Shown here in pieces: positions 54,510-64,000 of a stretch of 64,000 nt of DNA. Under the pieces are notes generated by a model. That model saw only the letters and a list, made by a program, of their open reading frames with translations, searched no databases and was not told where the DNA came from. This DNA is from a virus. Taxonomy: Duplodnaviria; Caudoviricetes. Made by a program: the position numbers and the translations under genes. The DNA is taken from the IMG/VR virus record IMGVR_UViG_3300021376_000006; one strand, written 5' to 3'. Position 1 is the first letter of the stretch, and every line of letters begins with the position of its first letter.

Positions 54510-54991
54510 TATAGCTGAGACAACGAGTACAAAGTACTATTCAAACTAACATGATGAATGGCGATACCTCCAGCAGCTCGCCATTCATCGATGTTACTTT
54601 GCCTATCATCAATCAAGATATCACCTGGTTGACAATGTTGCCATTTGTCTTTGCTGTACGGACCAAACATAACTGCTATGTTAGGAAAGTGCTGTTGAGC
54701 CCAAACAACTTTATCATAAAAAGACCATTTTACATCGTTCCCTTTGGGAACGGCTGTTAAAAAATACAAATTATATCCCTTAGTAAGTGCGAAATCCTTG
54801 CACTCGGCCACTAATTCATCTGCATAGGAAGTCTTTTTTAGATCTCTGTATAGCCTAGGATTCGCTGCTATTTTATTCCAATGTTCATCTGGATATATGC
54901 CATTATTTCCAGGCAACAATCCGAGAATACCCTCAGCAAATTCATCGAAGTCGGCTATGACTCCGTCCATGTCTAGGTATAGTGTTGTCAT
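54506..54991 (-). CDS. HAD-family 5'(3')-deoxyribonucleotidase
   Basis: YLDMDGVIADF, FLTA, LIDDR. Confidence 0.88.
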   Translation of the reverse strand: MTTLYLDMDGVIADFDEFAEGILGLLPGNNGIYPDEHWNKIAANPRLYRDLKKTSYADELVAECKDFALTKGYNLYFLTAVPKGNDVKWSFYDKVVWAQQHFPNIAVMFGPYSKDKWQHCQPGDILIDDRQSNIDEWRAAGGIAIHHVSLNSTLYSLSQLY

Positions 54992-55224
54992 TTGTTTTTA
55001 AGTTTTGAATGCACTGCTTGTAAATAAACGGTTTGATTGTTCAATTTGTTTTGCAAACTTCTCACAGTGTCTTTGAGGGTGAATATTTCTTGTTGCATGC
55101 TGGATATTACGCTTTGCTGATCTCTAATTTTTACGTCATGAGTCATTAAATTAGGTCGAGGCGGAGCATTGGGATCAACAGTCCGTTTCTTTTTGGCCTT
55201 CATTGCTCGGAATATATTACTCAT
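54988..55224 (-). CDS. Small coiled-coil protein
   Basis: 78 aa; TAAATA at 55233-55238. Confidence 0.72.
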   Translation of the reverse strand: MSNIFRAMKAKKKRTVDPNAPPRPNLMTHDVKIRDQQSVISSMQQEIFTLKDTVRSLQNKLNNQTVYLQAVHSKLKNK

Positions 55225-55546
55225 CTAAGTAATATTTATCGCTGGGCACACTGGGAAATTTAATCGCCACTACCTTGGTATCTTCCAAGTAATGTGCCCG
55301 ATATTCTTCACCGGGTTCATTTACGTAAATATCTCCTGGTCCAAATTCCTCACCGTTGATTACCATACGACCTTCTGTTATTAACTGTACTTCAGTGACT
55401 ATTTTGTGCAGGTGCGGTTTATCTCTGTTTCCAGCTTTATTGGTTTGCCAGCAAATCTCAAAGTTTTTGGTTTTTACTATTGCTTTGGGAAAATTGCCAA
55501 TAAACCATCCCCTTTCCCCAGCATCACTCAGCTTGTACTTTTTCAT
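55217..55546 (-). CDS. Cupin-fold protein
   Basis: GWFIGNF, PHLHKIVTE, GRM, PGE; start reassigned to 55546. Confidence 0.75.
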   Translation of the reverse strand: MKKYKLSDAGERGWFIGNFPKAIVKTKNFEICWQTNKAGNRDKPHLHKIVTEVQLITEGRMVINGEEFGPGDIYVNEPGEEYRAHYLEDTKVVAIKFPSVPSDKYYLDE

Positions 55547-55886
55547 TGTCCAGTTCAGTCTGCATTTCATCCAACATAGTGTTGAAGTACTCGGCATCAA
55601 GTTTGGCCATTACTTCTGTAATGTATTTGTGGTAGCCTTTGAAAAAGTATTTGAACAGTTCATCAAAGTTCTTGACATTATTGAATGAATTTTTATCAAC
55701 TGTTTTATTTGATAAGTTGAGAATAATCTTGGCTGTGTACAAGTCTTGATTTCGCAATCGAGTTGAAATCTGCACACGTTCATCGTACTGAAAATTTTTA
55801 GGATCCTTCATATAACCTGCAATATGAGTCTTGCGTGGATCTCTAGGTCGTGTTACATATTGTGCTACTAGATAAATGTTTTTCAT
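55524..55886 (-). CDS. Hypothetical protein
   Basis: 120 aa ORF. Confidence 0.78.
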   Translation of the reverse strand: MKNIYLVAQYVTRPRDPRKTHIAGYMKDPKNFQYDERVQISTRLRNQDLYTAKIILNLSNKTVDKNSFNNVKNFDELFKYFFKGYHKYITEVMAKLDAEYFNTMLDEMQTELDNEKVQAE

Positions 55887-56806
55887 TGTATTTGACTCAA
55901 TTCTACCAGTGTGGCGCTGAGATTTATTTCAGGGTCTGCAACTATGGGATGATTCACAATACCTTTTCTAATGGCTAGAATGGCTTGATCATGTTGCTCA
56001 GGAGTAGATCCCCAAAGATCCAAGTTGTCATACATCCAACGAAATAATTCTTCCATTTCTTCAGGAGCAGTGTGTGTACAAAGTAGTGTTCTTGCTTCTC
56101 TAACTCGTCCCTGTTTGAACAGTTCAATCACTTCCAGTTTGTGATCTGCCGATCCCAAACCACTTGAAGTTTTTGACAAGTTGAGTGTGCCAGACAGACT
56201 GTTTGTTTGTAACAGTTTCAAGCAGCTTCTGAGATCAGGATAAGTGGCTTTCACAAAGCTATCTAACGTATCAAGTTCGAACTCAACGCCTTCGTTGAGC
56301 AATATGGTTGCTGCTCTACTGGTAAATTCTGTTTGATCAGACTTATCAATAATGATTTGTTGACATCTTGATTTTAATGGAGCAATAATTTTGTGTGCTA
56401 GATTGGCAGTCAATATGAATCTAGCCTGACTTTGATAAGTTTCCATTAGGCCACGTAGGATGGCCTGTGCGTTGTGACTCAAGTAATCAGCTTCGTCAAG
56501 TAACACAATCTTTAAGTCACCAAACGGCATGGTACTAACAAAGCCTTCAATTTTGCTTTTCAAGAAATCAACACCATTGTCTCGCGACGCATTTACTTGC
56601 AAGAAATCATATGGATCAATGTTTAAACTGTTCACTAGAATTTTGGCCAAGGTTGTTTTACCTGTGCCTGCAGATCCAGTGAATAACAAATGAGGAATGG
56701 ATTTTTCTTGTACAAAGTATTCAATCTGCTCACGTTGTGCGGGGTCAGTGAACACATACCCGTCTAATGTCTGCGGGCGATATTTCTCAGTCCAAAGTTC
56801 TTTCAT
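55883..56806 (-). CDS. Clamp loader ATPase subunit (T4 gp44/RFC-like)
   Basis: WTEKYRP, GSAGTGKT, LDEAD, LKSRC, PDLR. Confidence 0.93.
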   Translation of the reverse strand: MKELWTEKYRPQTLDGYVFTDPAQREQIEYFVQEKSIPHLLFTGSAGTGKTTLAKILVNSLNIDPYDFLQVNASRDNGVDFLKSKIEGFVSTMPFGDLKIVLLDEADYLSHNAQAILRGLMETYQSQARFILTANLAHKIIAPLKSRCQQIIIDKSDQTEFTSRAATILLNEGVEFELDTLDSFVKATYPDLRSCLKLLQTNSLSGTLNLSKTSSGLGSADHKLEVIELFKQGRVREARTLLCTHTAPEEMEELFRWMYDNLDLWGSTPEQHDQAILAIRKGIVNHPIVADPEINLSATLVELSQIQ

Positions 56807-57000
56807 TTAATCAATTGGCGTAAGTTGTTGAGTGCGCTGGGTGACAATAACAACGTGTATTTTACTTGTTCTTCAGTGCAATTCCTAGCAGTTTCACACT
56901 GAGTGGTTATCTTTAATGATTGATATCCTTCGGGATGATTGGCAGGTGTCAAACTGGCATACATATGGTAACCATTGACATTGCTTAATTCAATTTTCAT
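56803..57000 (-). CDS. Hypothetical protein
   Basis: Start reassigned to MKIEL at 57000. Confidence 0.65.
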   Translation of the reverse strand: MKIELSNVNGYHMYASLTPANHPEGYQSLKITTQCETARNCTEEQVKYTLLLSPSALNNLRQLIK

Positions 57001-57794
57001 AGATTGTCCTTGTGAATACATACCAAATCTTCGCTTTTGCGATTGAAATCGGCTGGCTCCATTGTGTCAGGATAATGTGCAACATAACCAGCATCATTAA
57101 TTGCATCAAAAAGTTTTTGACTGTCAACAGCACTATAGCCAAAAAACCATTCAGTCAGTAACACAGGTTTGTGCTCGTATAAAAAATCTTGCATGCCGCG
57201 AATAATTTCAATATCATGTCCTTCGGTATCAATTTTCACAAAGCCAATTTTTGATATCTCTTCATCGGTCAAATATTTTTTGCAAAGTTCAACAAAAGTT
57301 AAACCTGCTATGGTAATTGTGTTACCAGTCATACCTTTCACTGTGGCCGCAGTGCCTGCATCCCAATTTTCGTCCAAGATGCCGCCATTGATCATGGCGT
57401 TGTTATGATCTGCAAACACCAAATCTCTTGCCTCTCCATTTGTTACTGCTTCTGTTGCTATAACAAATTTTCCCAGATGACTGTTGGCATCACAATTTTT
57501 TCGTAAAAATGGAAGCATATGTATATTTGGTTCCACGGCCAACACAGTGGCTCTACAAGCTGCCATCATTGGCAAGGCCGTGTCCCCTATATGGGCACCT
57601 ATATCAACACAGGTCATGTCAGGTTTGATCCATTTACCGTAATGATAATCGTTCCAGTACGATGAAAAAACTTGTTCAAAAGGAGGCATCCTATGTAACG
57701 GGTGCTCAAAGTCATACCAGGTGCAATTCTCTTCTACACCGAATTGTGCAAGATCAAGTTCAACTGGATCTTTTAATCGATAATCTGTGTTCAT
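56997..57794 (-). CDS. FkbM-family methyltransferase
   Basis: VDIGAHIGD, AVEPN, VKIDTEGHD. Confidence 0.88.
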   Translation of the reverse strand: MNTDYRLKDPVELDLAQFGVEENCTWYDFEHPLHRMPPFEQVFSSYWNDYHYGKWIKPDMTCVDIGAHIGDTALPMMAACRATVLAVEPNIHMLPFLRKNCDANSHLGKFVIATEAVTNGEARDLVFADHNNAMINGGILDENWDAGTAATVKGMTGNTITIAGLTFVELCKKYLTDEEISKIGFVKIDTEGHDIEIIRGMQDFLYEHKPVLLTEWFFGYSAVDSQKLFDAINDAGYVAHYPDTMEPADFNRKSEDLVCIHKDNL

Positions 57795-58213
57795 TCGTAT
57801 TGTTCTCTGGTTTTTCTTTCTGCATGTACTGCTGTGGAAAGAGTGTCTATGTTTTCTGGTTCTTGATCACTTACAAAAATAACAGCTTCAGGATCTGCTC
57901 TACGTATAGTTGTTTCCTTGCCATTTTGAATTATTTTGAGACCTCTGCTCCAACGTCCGTGTTCGACAAGTACCCACTGACCCACACGAACATCTTGTTG
58001 TTCAGGTCCAATAGCATATACTCGCGCCCATCTTGGACGAATACCCTCTGTCTTACCATCGTCTCCTAATAATACTATACCGCTGGCTAATTGTCTACCA
58101 CTGAAATCCATTTCGGTAACAATAATGCTGTTTCGTAAGGGTTTGATTTCTCCATCTATTTTGACGCCAAATTGATACCCTCGTTTTTGATCAAACGGAT
58201 TTTCTAATTTCAT
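57791..58213 (-). CDS. groES: GroES-like co-chaperonin
   Basis: IKPLRNSII, ASGIVL, ARVYAIGP, VRVGQWVL. Confidence 0.78.
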   Translation of the reverse strand: MKLENPFDQKRGYQFGVKIDGEIKPLRNSIIVTEMDFSGRQLASGIVLLGDDGKTEGIRPRWARVYAIGPEQQDVRVGQWVLVEHGRWSRGLKIIQNGKETTIRRADPEAVIFVSDQEPENIDTLSTAVHAERKTREQYE

Positions 58214-58225
58214 ATATTCCTCTTG

Positions 58226-58630
58226 TTAAATTCTAGTTGGACCTGTTTTTTTAGATTCTTCTTGTTGTGGTAGTTGTGTTTTTGCTACTGAGCTAGCAAG
58301 ACTGCCTCTAAGAGGCTTAGGCGCAACGGGTTCTTGATTGTGCGAAACAGTTTGCTGCGGCACTACTGGTTCTACCCAATCATCTACCAAATCGCGTTTG
58401 TTTTCTTCTCTAGGAACTGGCACATTATCGGTTGCAACAGGAGTATTTAATTTGTAGTAGTCTGCCATAACACGTTCTCTGGTGCGTTCGATTCTACCAC
58501 CGGGACCTAATTCATCGCCCCTAGCATTTACTCGCATGTTACCAACTGCAATCGATTCTTCATTTTGTGACACAATTGCATCAATGTTAATTCTTTTACC
58601 ATTTGCTGTTTTATATACTCTTTTACTCAC
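58226..58630 (-). CDS. Hypothetical protein
   Basis: 134 aa (GNMRVNARGDELGPGG); TAAATA at 58650-58655. Confidence 0.8.
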   Translation of the reverse strand: MSKRVYKTANGKRINIDAIVSQNEESIAVGNMRVNARGDELGPGGRIERTRERVMADYYKLNTPVATDNVPVPREENKRDLVDDWVEPVVPQQTVSHNQEPVAPKPLRGSLASSVAKTQLPQQEESKKTGPTRI

Positions 58631-58652
58631 TAGTTTCTCCTTGTGCCGATAT

Positions 58653-59165
58653 TTATCGCAAGAATTCGGTAATATCTAAATCATAATACATGCTGTTAAT
58701 TCTATGTACACCTATTAAGTATAACACATAACTGGCAACACTGGACCCGCGACCGACCCCCCACACGACATTATTTTTTCGCCATGTGTCTACAACATAT
58801 TTCAATTGTTTCAGCAATGGAAAAAGATCGCGTTCTTGAAATAACAAAAGTTCTTGCCCCACACGTTGTAACTCCTCCTGTGTTTTGCATTGATCTAATA
58901 ACCAATTGGCAATGTCCATATTGATATATTCTTCTGGCATGTGCCACACGCTTTGATTAGCAGAATCAAATTTTTTAATATCTAATTCATCTGCACCATA
59001 AAATTTTAGTGCAGCAAAATCTGCATAAAAGGCTTTGATTGCATCGTTATACTGCTGTGGATCTGTAACTAATATTTTTGATATATCAAGATCAGGATTG
59101 CCGTATAACAAGTTGCACAAGTCATCTGTATTTGCGTAAGCTCTACCCAATGTATCATACTTCAT
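58653..59165 (-). CDS. Stand-alone DNA polymerase III alpha (DnaE)-like fragment
   Basis: RVGQELLLF, VWGVGRGSSVASYVLYLIGVHRIN matches the DnaE GRGS region; only 170 aa. Confidence 0.75.
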   Translation of the reverse strand: MKYDTLGRAYANTDDLCNLLYGNPDLDISKILVTDPQQYNDAIKAFYADFAALKFYGADELDIKKFDSANQSVWHMPEEYINMDIANWLLDQCKTQEELQRVGQELLLFQERDLFPLLKQLKYVVDTWRKNNVVWGVGRGSSVASYVLYLIGVHRINSMYYDLDITEFLR

Positions 59166-59398
59166 TGTATATCAATGATTCCTTTGAACTTGTCGTTTTT
59201 TTCTTCCATTTCTTGCATAATTTTTCTATTACGTGCATCCATTTCGTATTTGTAGTTTTCAATAATCATTTGCATTTGTGGAATAATACTCACTGGGCCA
59301 AATCGATAGGCCTGATTTAATTTTTGAACCAATTCGTTGTATTTTTTGTGCAAATCTTCAGTTGACAGATTAGATAAATCTAGTACCAATGGATGCAT
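59162..59398 (-). CDS. Hypothetical protein
   Basis: 78 aa ORF with GGAGG RBS. Confidence 0.75.
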   Translation of the reverse strand: MHPLVLDLSNLSTEDLHKKYNELVQKLNQAYRFGPVSIIPQMQMIIENYKYEMDARNRKIMQEMEEKNDKFKGIIDIQ

Positions 59399-59406
59399 AT
59401 TACCTC

Positions 59407-59841
59407 CTACAAATCTCCAGCCTGCCTATTTTCAGAATAGTGAACATCAAACGCACCACCTGGATATCGGGCTTTTAATTTATTTACGTTTTCCGCAATG
59501 ACGTCATTTGGATCTAGACCAAGTGCGCGGCATGCATTTATCCAATACCACATGATATCACCCAGTTCCCGTTTCATGTGAAATACATTTTCCTCAGTCA
59601 ATGGCTTGCCTTGAAAATAAATCTTTTTGGGAATCTCACAAAATTCACCTGTTTCGGCTGCAAGTCCTAGAGCTGCAGTTAGCAGTAGTGGCACGTTGAT
59701 ATCAGGACCATGTGTATCTGTGTTGTAATCAAAGTTGCCGTCTAAATAGTCCAAACGGTTCATAAAACTGGTAAGATCGTTTGATGGTTGGCTGGTCACT
59801 GCTTCAACAAAATCTTTATACTTGTTTAAGTCAACTGTCAT
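59407..59841 (-). CDS. mazG: MazG-like nucleotide pyrophosphohydrolase
   Basis: GLAAETGEFCE, RELGDIMWY, NVNKLKARYP. Confidence 0.88.
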   Translation of the reverse strand: MTVDLNKYKDFVEAVTSQPSNDLTSFMNRLDYLDGNFDYNTDTHGPDINVPLLLTAALGLAAETGEFCEIPKKIYFQGKPLTEENVFHMKRELGDIMWYWINACRALGLDPNDVIAENVNKLKARYPGGAFDVHYSENRQAGDL

Positions 59842-59846
59842 AAAAA

Positions 59847-59891
59847 ACTCCTGGATAGCATAATTATAAACTATGCAACGCCAGGAGTCAA
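59847..59891 (-). promoter_or_regulatory. Sigma70 promoter nested in a terminator-like, SD-sequestering hairpin
   Basis: TTGACT-N17-TATAAT inside ACTCCTGG/CCAGGAGT and GCATA/TATGC inverted repeats, followed by a U tract. Confidence 0.72.
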
Positions 59892-59906
59892 TAATGTTTG
59901 GTTATT

Positions 59907-60884
59907 TTAACTACGTAACCAATTTGAATTTGTTACACTATAGGTAAACTTTGCTACCACATTACCTGAACTCACAGTGGTATTGGGGAACCATTTAACC
60001 AAGGCAGTATTGCCTTTGTTGACCCAAACCGCAGTAATTGGTGCTAGGAAACTAAGCGTAATTTCTCTACCATCTACGTCTGTATCGGGCAATGCAATAC
60101 GTGCATTAGCGATAGTGTCACTACTTGCAGTATCAAAATATACTGTATTATATCCTGTGTTGGCAAAAAAGTTTTGATCGTTGGTTAGCGTTACATAGGC
60201 GTAATTTGTGTTGATAGTTCCGGCACTGGTAATCAAGTTGGCACTTGCTGTTAAATTGCCATTCACTTGCAGTCCACTTAATGCTTTGGTTCTGTTTCTG
60301 CCTAAATCACGTATGCCTAATGTTGTGCCACCATCTACAGTAAAGATTTCAAAGAAATAATCTGTAGAGTTACTAATTTCGGCTGAACTGAATGACACAG
60401 TATTACCACTAAATCCAGCAATAGTGTCAGTATCGCCCAGTGTCATTGAGTTAGGAAAACTCAATGTATAACTGGCACTTGGATTACTTACCCATAGTTT
60501 AATCCTGGCATACTGATTGCCAGTGTTGGCCGGAAAACTAAAAGTGAGTGTTGTAGTGCCAGACATGGTAATTTTTTGAAAATTACCATTAACGAAATTA
60601 ATTGTAACACTTCCACTTACGCTACCTATATTATTGTAGGTTTCACGCCAGCTAGTTAGTGCAGGATTAACCATTGCATTACCTGCAAAATCGTTACTTA
60701 GCGTTGTATTTAACAAAGCACTTTTGAGCACAACTTTGTTTTGTAAATCTTCTATTTCGGCTTTAGAAAAGGTAAAATTATTGCGAATATTAGTGAAATT
60801 GTCGCGAAAACCTTGACTGTCATTGTCTTGGCCGGCTACAGGAAATGTACCGTCAATATTGTTTGGATTAACTTGGCTTGTCAT
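59907..60884 (-). CDS. Putative virion structural (tail/baseplate/fibre) protein
   Basis: Asn/Thr/Ser/Gly-rich beta-structured 325 aa; adjacent to large structural ORF. Confidence 0.65.
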   Translation of the reverse strand: MTSQVNPNNIDGTFPVAGQDNDSQGFRDNFTNIRNNFTFSKAEIEDLQNKVVLKSALLNTTLSNDFAGNAMVNPALTSWRETYNNIGSVSGSVTINFVNGNFQKITMSGTTTLTFSFPANTGNQYARIKLWVSNPSASYTLSFPNSMTLGDTDTIAGFSGNTVSFSSAEISNSTDYFFEIFTVDGGTTLGIRDLGRNRTKALSGLQVNGNLTASANLITSAGTINTNYAYVTLTNDQNFFANTGYNTVYFDTASSDTIANARIALPDTDVDGREITLSFLAPITAVWVNKGNTALVKWFPNTTVSSGNVVAKFTYSVTNSNWLRS

Positions 60885-63800
60885 TTATACAAATACTCCA
60901 GTTTGTGGGAATTTAATATATTTATCTAGTGTTTCAGGAATGATCCAGATATCTTGATTGCTACTAAATGTGGTCCCTGCAGCCACTGATTGTCCGGCCT
61001 CATGTCCGGCCTCAAACCTTTCGCGCATGATACATGTTCCACCATCAAAAGTGGTTTCTGCAGTACGCTCTAATCCAGTCGCAAAAGTAGCCACATAATA
61101 ACTTGGAGTGGCTGTTCCTGGATCCACTCTATACTGTAAAGTGGTTATAGTATAGGTATCACCTGTGCGTACTTTTACAAGTTGATCTAAAATTATTTCC
61201 TGATCAAAAATTAGAGTTACTTCAGCATCGTCACCCTGATCAAAATGACTAAAAGTTAAAACTTCGCTTGCTTCGTCAAATCCTACTAAATCGTCATCAA
61301 GTCCCACATCAGGGAACTCTTCCCAAGTTATTTGCCAAACCCCGCCTTGTTGATTTATGGTACTATAATTTCCCACTTTGTCCAAGTAACCTGGAATGGT
61401 ATTACCTAATGCAGTTATCCATCCGTCATTGATTCCGCCATAACCGCTTTGTTTTGCAAAAATTATTTTTTCTCCCTCTAAGAAATTGCCAATTCCGTCG
61501 ACAATTAGTGAGGACCTCACTGTTTGTAAATTTTCCCCATCTATGCTATCAAAACTGGTGCTCACTGCGTAGTCCACAAATGCCTCGCCATTTATTCTTA
61601 TTGCAGAACCTGCTGTTGCAGTGATTTCGCTTGATAATGTCAATACATTTCCGGCAAGATTCAAGTTAGCTATAAAAGTTGAATCGGGTATAGTTGAACT
61701 GTCATCTATACTGCTAAATCTCCAACCATATCCTACGTTGATATCATTTGGTATTGTTACTACATTTGCATTGGTTACTGACGTTACTATAATTGTGTCA
61801 ACAAGTGCCGAACCAGATGCTAAGTTTGGATATTTGTCGAATGTAGTAGGTACACTAGGTTCAAAACTGTTTGTGTCTATGTTGTAAAATCTTGACAAAT
61901 AATTATCCCATTGATATCTATCTGCAACGAATGGAATTTGATTGATTTCAAATTCGCTATTTTGTAATCTATAAGAAATAAGTTTTGATGCACCGGGCTT
62001 AGTATATGCCAATACCACACATCTTATTAAGCCTAGTACATTCCCGTCCTCTTGAACGCTAGTCATCCATCTTGGCAACGTGCTTCTATTCGTGTAACCA
62101 ATTCCATTTTCCAAACGTTTTTGCATATTACCGAAACTGTTAGGATAGATAATATTGTAAAATTGATTTTGAAATAAAAAGTTATTGGCCAAGTCAAGTA
62201 CAATTTCTAACGGTGGACCACTGGTGTCAAAGGATTGAGTATCTATCAAATCAACATATACTATTTCGTATCCCACAGTACCATCTGAATTTACTGCCCT
62301 GGCTGTTTTTATTTCTCCAAAATTTATAGTTTTGAAATAGTGATTTCTTGCTATCGCACTGACAAAAGTTTCTGCTGTTACAGGGTTGAGCCCTGACAAA
62401 AATAAAGATTTTAACGTGCCTTGGACCCCAAAATAACTGTCATCGGGTCGGTATATCAATTCAGGAGGAAAGATGGTTTGATCTTTGATCGTGTTGTCCC
62501 AGCTTAATCTTTGTGTATAACTAGGCAACGCTTTTAAATATACATTTTCGTATGGAGATAAATTTCGTGGCCGAACCAGTATTGTAAATGATTGCGTTGA
62601 TGTGATTGAACCATCTACAGCAGTGGCTCGTACGGTAAATCCGCACTGTTGATCAAACGTAGTAGTACCACTATCTATTGCGGTACTAATAGCATTACTG
62701 GTAGTGCTTATTGCTTTTTGAATAGTGTCATTCGAAAATACTAATATAGTACCTTGTGTCATATAGATTGCTGGACTCACTTCAATGGTGTTTGAGTCAA
62801 CTATTGCAGTAATTTTACAACCTGCAGCAACACCTACTCCTTGCACTGTCATGCCTACCACCAAATCCTCAGTTGAAGTTACATTCAACTGAGCAACTTG
62901 TCCATCCAAACTAAAGTACCTAAAAGTAGTACGCCCGATCATTCTACCACTTCGTAAAAACTTCAATCCTTGCGGAATTTTTCTGAATGGAGCATAAATC
63001 AAACTGTATTGTAATTCTTTATCTAATGTGTTATAGGCTTCAATTGCTATTTCACTTACTGCACCGTTATCTATAATACCTAGATCAAATGGTGTGATCC
63101 AAACAATTTCCTCATTGAGAGTTCGTTTGACAGTTAGTGAAAATGTTACTCCATCACTTTCTGCGTCGGGGAAAGCTGTTCTATAGGCATATACTGTAAA
63201 ACTGTATGTGGTAAAATCATCGGTTTGGCTAGGAAGCGTTCCAATCGCCCAACCGGTGTCCGCGTTAATCTCTATACCTGAAGGAAAACCACTTGCTCCT
63301 TGGTCAAACAAGATACTGTCATATCCAGTTGTTGTGCTGATAAACTGAACAAAAATTGTATCAGCACTTGACGGTGCCAAAGACGTAAATGTCAATTGCA
63401 ATGAGGCGGTATTGTAATCAGTGTAGGCAGTATATAATACTCCATTTACCTGTACCACAATTCTGGCTGCATTTGCGGGAGCAAAATCAAGGGTGTAAGG
63501 TCCTACTGTTCCATTGCCAGTAATGGTCTGACTGTCCGCGGCATCAAGTTCGTCTATGCCACTGAATGCCAATTCGTCAATTTTCCATGACACATCTTCG
63601 TCCTCAGGATCATATGCCACAAATCTATAGGCAAAGGTACTACCGGAGACCAAGACTGGTAATGAATCTGGATTATTGAGTATAATCGGTCTATATTTGT
63701 TATCAGCATCTACAGTAATAAATGTATTGTTTATTACTGTCAAATCGTTGTCGGCAGTGTAATTGCCTTTACTTAAAATCAATAATCTTACATTCAAAGT

Positions 63801-64000
63801 GTCTACTTTAAAGTCATCAGTAACCTGAATAGTAAAATTGTAATATTTGTCAGTGCTTAATGGCAAAGCATCAAAAATAACTGCTTCAACAGGTGCTGCT
63901 TCAAAACCCAGTTCATCGATATTTTCAGCAACTATATCAACGTAACCATACAATCTACCTTCTGATGTAAAGGTGGTTCCTGGAGGAATATCACCTTCGA
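60885..64000 (-). CDS. Large virion structural protein, baseplate/Ig-like repeats (5' end off window)
   Basis: Frame is open from base 64000 to the stop at 60885; track M at 63953 is an internal TTG; repeated beta-rich domains. Confidence 0.75.
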   Translation of the reverse strand, partial: EGDIPPGTTFTSEGRLYGYVDIVAENIDELGFEAAPVEAVIFDALPLSTDKYYNFTIQVTDDFKVDTLNVRLLILSKGNYTADNDLTVINNTFITVDADNKYRPIILNNPDSLPVLVSGSTFAYRFVAYDPEDEDVSWKIDELAFSGIDELDAADSQTITGNGTVGPYTLDFAPANAARIVVQVNGVLYTAYTDYNTASLQLTFTSLAPSSADTIFVQFISTTTGYDSILFDQGASGFPSGIEINADTGWAIGTLPSQTDDFTTYSFTVYAYRTAFPDAESDGVTFSLTVKRTLNEEIVWITPFDLGIIDNGAVSEIAIEAYNTLDKELQYSLIYAPFRKIPQGLKFLRSGRMIGRTTFRYFSLDGQVAQLNVTSTEDLVVGMTVQGVGVAAGCKITAIVDSNTIEVSPAIYMTQGTILVFSNDTIQKAISTTSNAISTAIDSGTTTFDQQCGFTVRATAVDGSITSTQSFTILVRPRNLSPYENVYLKALPSYTQRLSWDNTIKDQTIFPPELIYRPDDSYFGVQGTLKSLFLSGLNPVTAETFVSAIARNHYFKTINFGEIKTARAVNSDGTVGYEIVYVDLIDTQSFDTSGPPLEIVLDLANNFLFQNQFYNIIYPNSFGNMQKRLENGIGYTNRSTLPRWMTSVQEDGNVLGLIRCVVLAYTKPGASKLISYRLQNSEFEINQIPFVADRYQWDNYLSRFYNIDTNSFEPSVPTTFDKYPNLASGSALVDTIIVTSVTNANVVTIPNDINVGYGWRFSSIDDSSTIPDSTFIANLNLAGNVLTLSSEITATAGSAIRINGEAFVDYAVSTSFDSIDGENLQTVRSSLIVDGIGNFLEGEKIIFAKQSGYGGINDGWITALGNTIPGYLDKVGNYSTINQQGGVWQITWEEFPDVGLDDDLVGFDEASEVLTFSHFDQGDDAEVTLIFDQEIILDQLVKVRTGDTYTITTLQYRVDPGTATPSYYVATFATGLERTAETTFDGGTCIMRERFEAGHEAGQSVAAGTTFSSNQDIWIIPETLDKYIKFPQTGVFV

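Noticed and set aside
948-62000. Many plus-strand and nested ORFs in the track (e.g. 4323-4613, 8259-8618, 11799-12353, 40928-41449, 50174-50863)
   Set aside because: They lie antisense to or inside well-supported minus-strand genes, with no RBS or recognisable motifs; treated as shadow ORFs.
1-64000. Stop-codon reassignment as seen in some large phages
   Set aside because: Known enzymes are full length in the standard code, and TAA, TAG and TGA all end genes with tight coupling to the next start.

Overview
Gene-dense 64 kb segment of a large lytic tailed phage (Caudoviricetes) with T4-like replication and transcription logic. A two-component spanin-like pair suggests a Gram-negative host. 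Standard genetic code; every credible gene except phoH is on the minus strand. Contents in coordinate order: nucleotide-sugar and SGNH-like accessory genes interleaved with thyA and dfr; a vWA/metallopeptidase + MoxR ATPase pair; a T4 rnh-like 5'-3' exonuclease; a 7-deazaguanine cluster (queE, queD, purine PRTase, folE, second T-fold protein, TGT/DpdA-like transglycosylase, no queC in the window) with a short DegT, GalE and a GT-B glycosyltransferase inside it; putative sliding clamp, methyltransferase and family B DNA polymerase; SpeD-like decarboxylase and class III aminotransferase; Dps; a block of modular Lys/Arg/Cys-rich proteins with capsid-targeting-like N-termini; ClpA, DnaJ; lysis genes (GH19 endolysin, spanins); PhoH, nucleotidase, clamp loader, GroES, a stand-alone DnaE fragment, MazG; virion structural genes at the right edge. 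Two promoter classes are visible: sigma70-like TTGACN-N17-TATAAT and T4-late-like TAAATA. Best leads: a possible CDG-based and possibly glycosylated guanine modification pathway, putative protease-processed polyproteins of cationic Cys-paired peptides, a compact structured RNA at about 34.0 kb, a switch-like queD leader, and promoters nested in RBS-occluding hairpins. No CRISPR array, tRNA, rRNA, intron, intein or transposase was recognised. All functional calls come from motif recognition by eye; no database searches were run.
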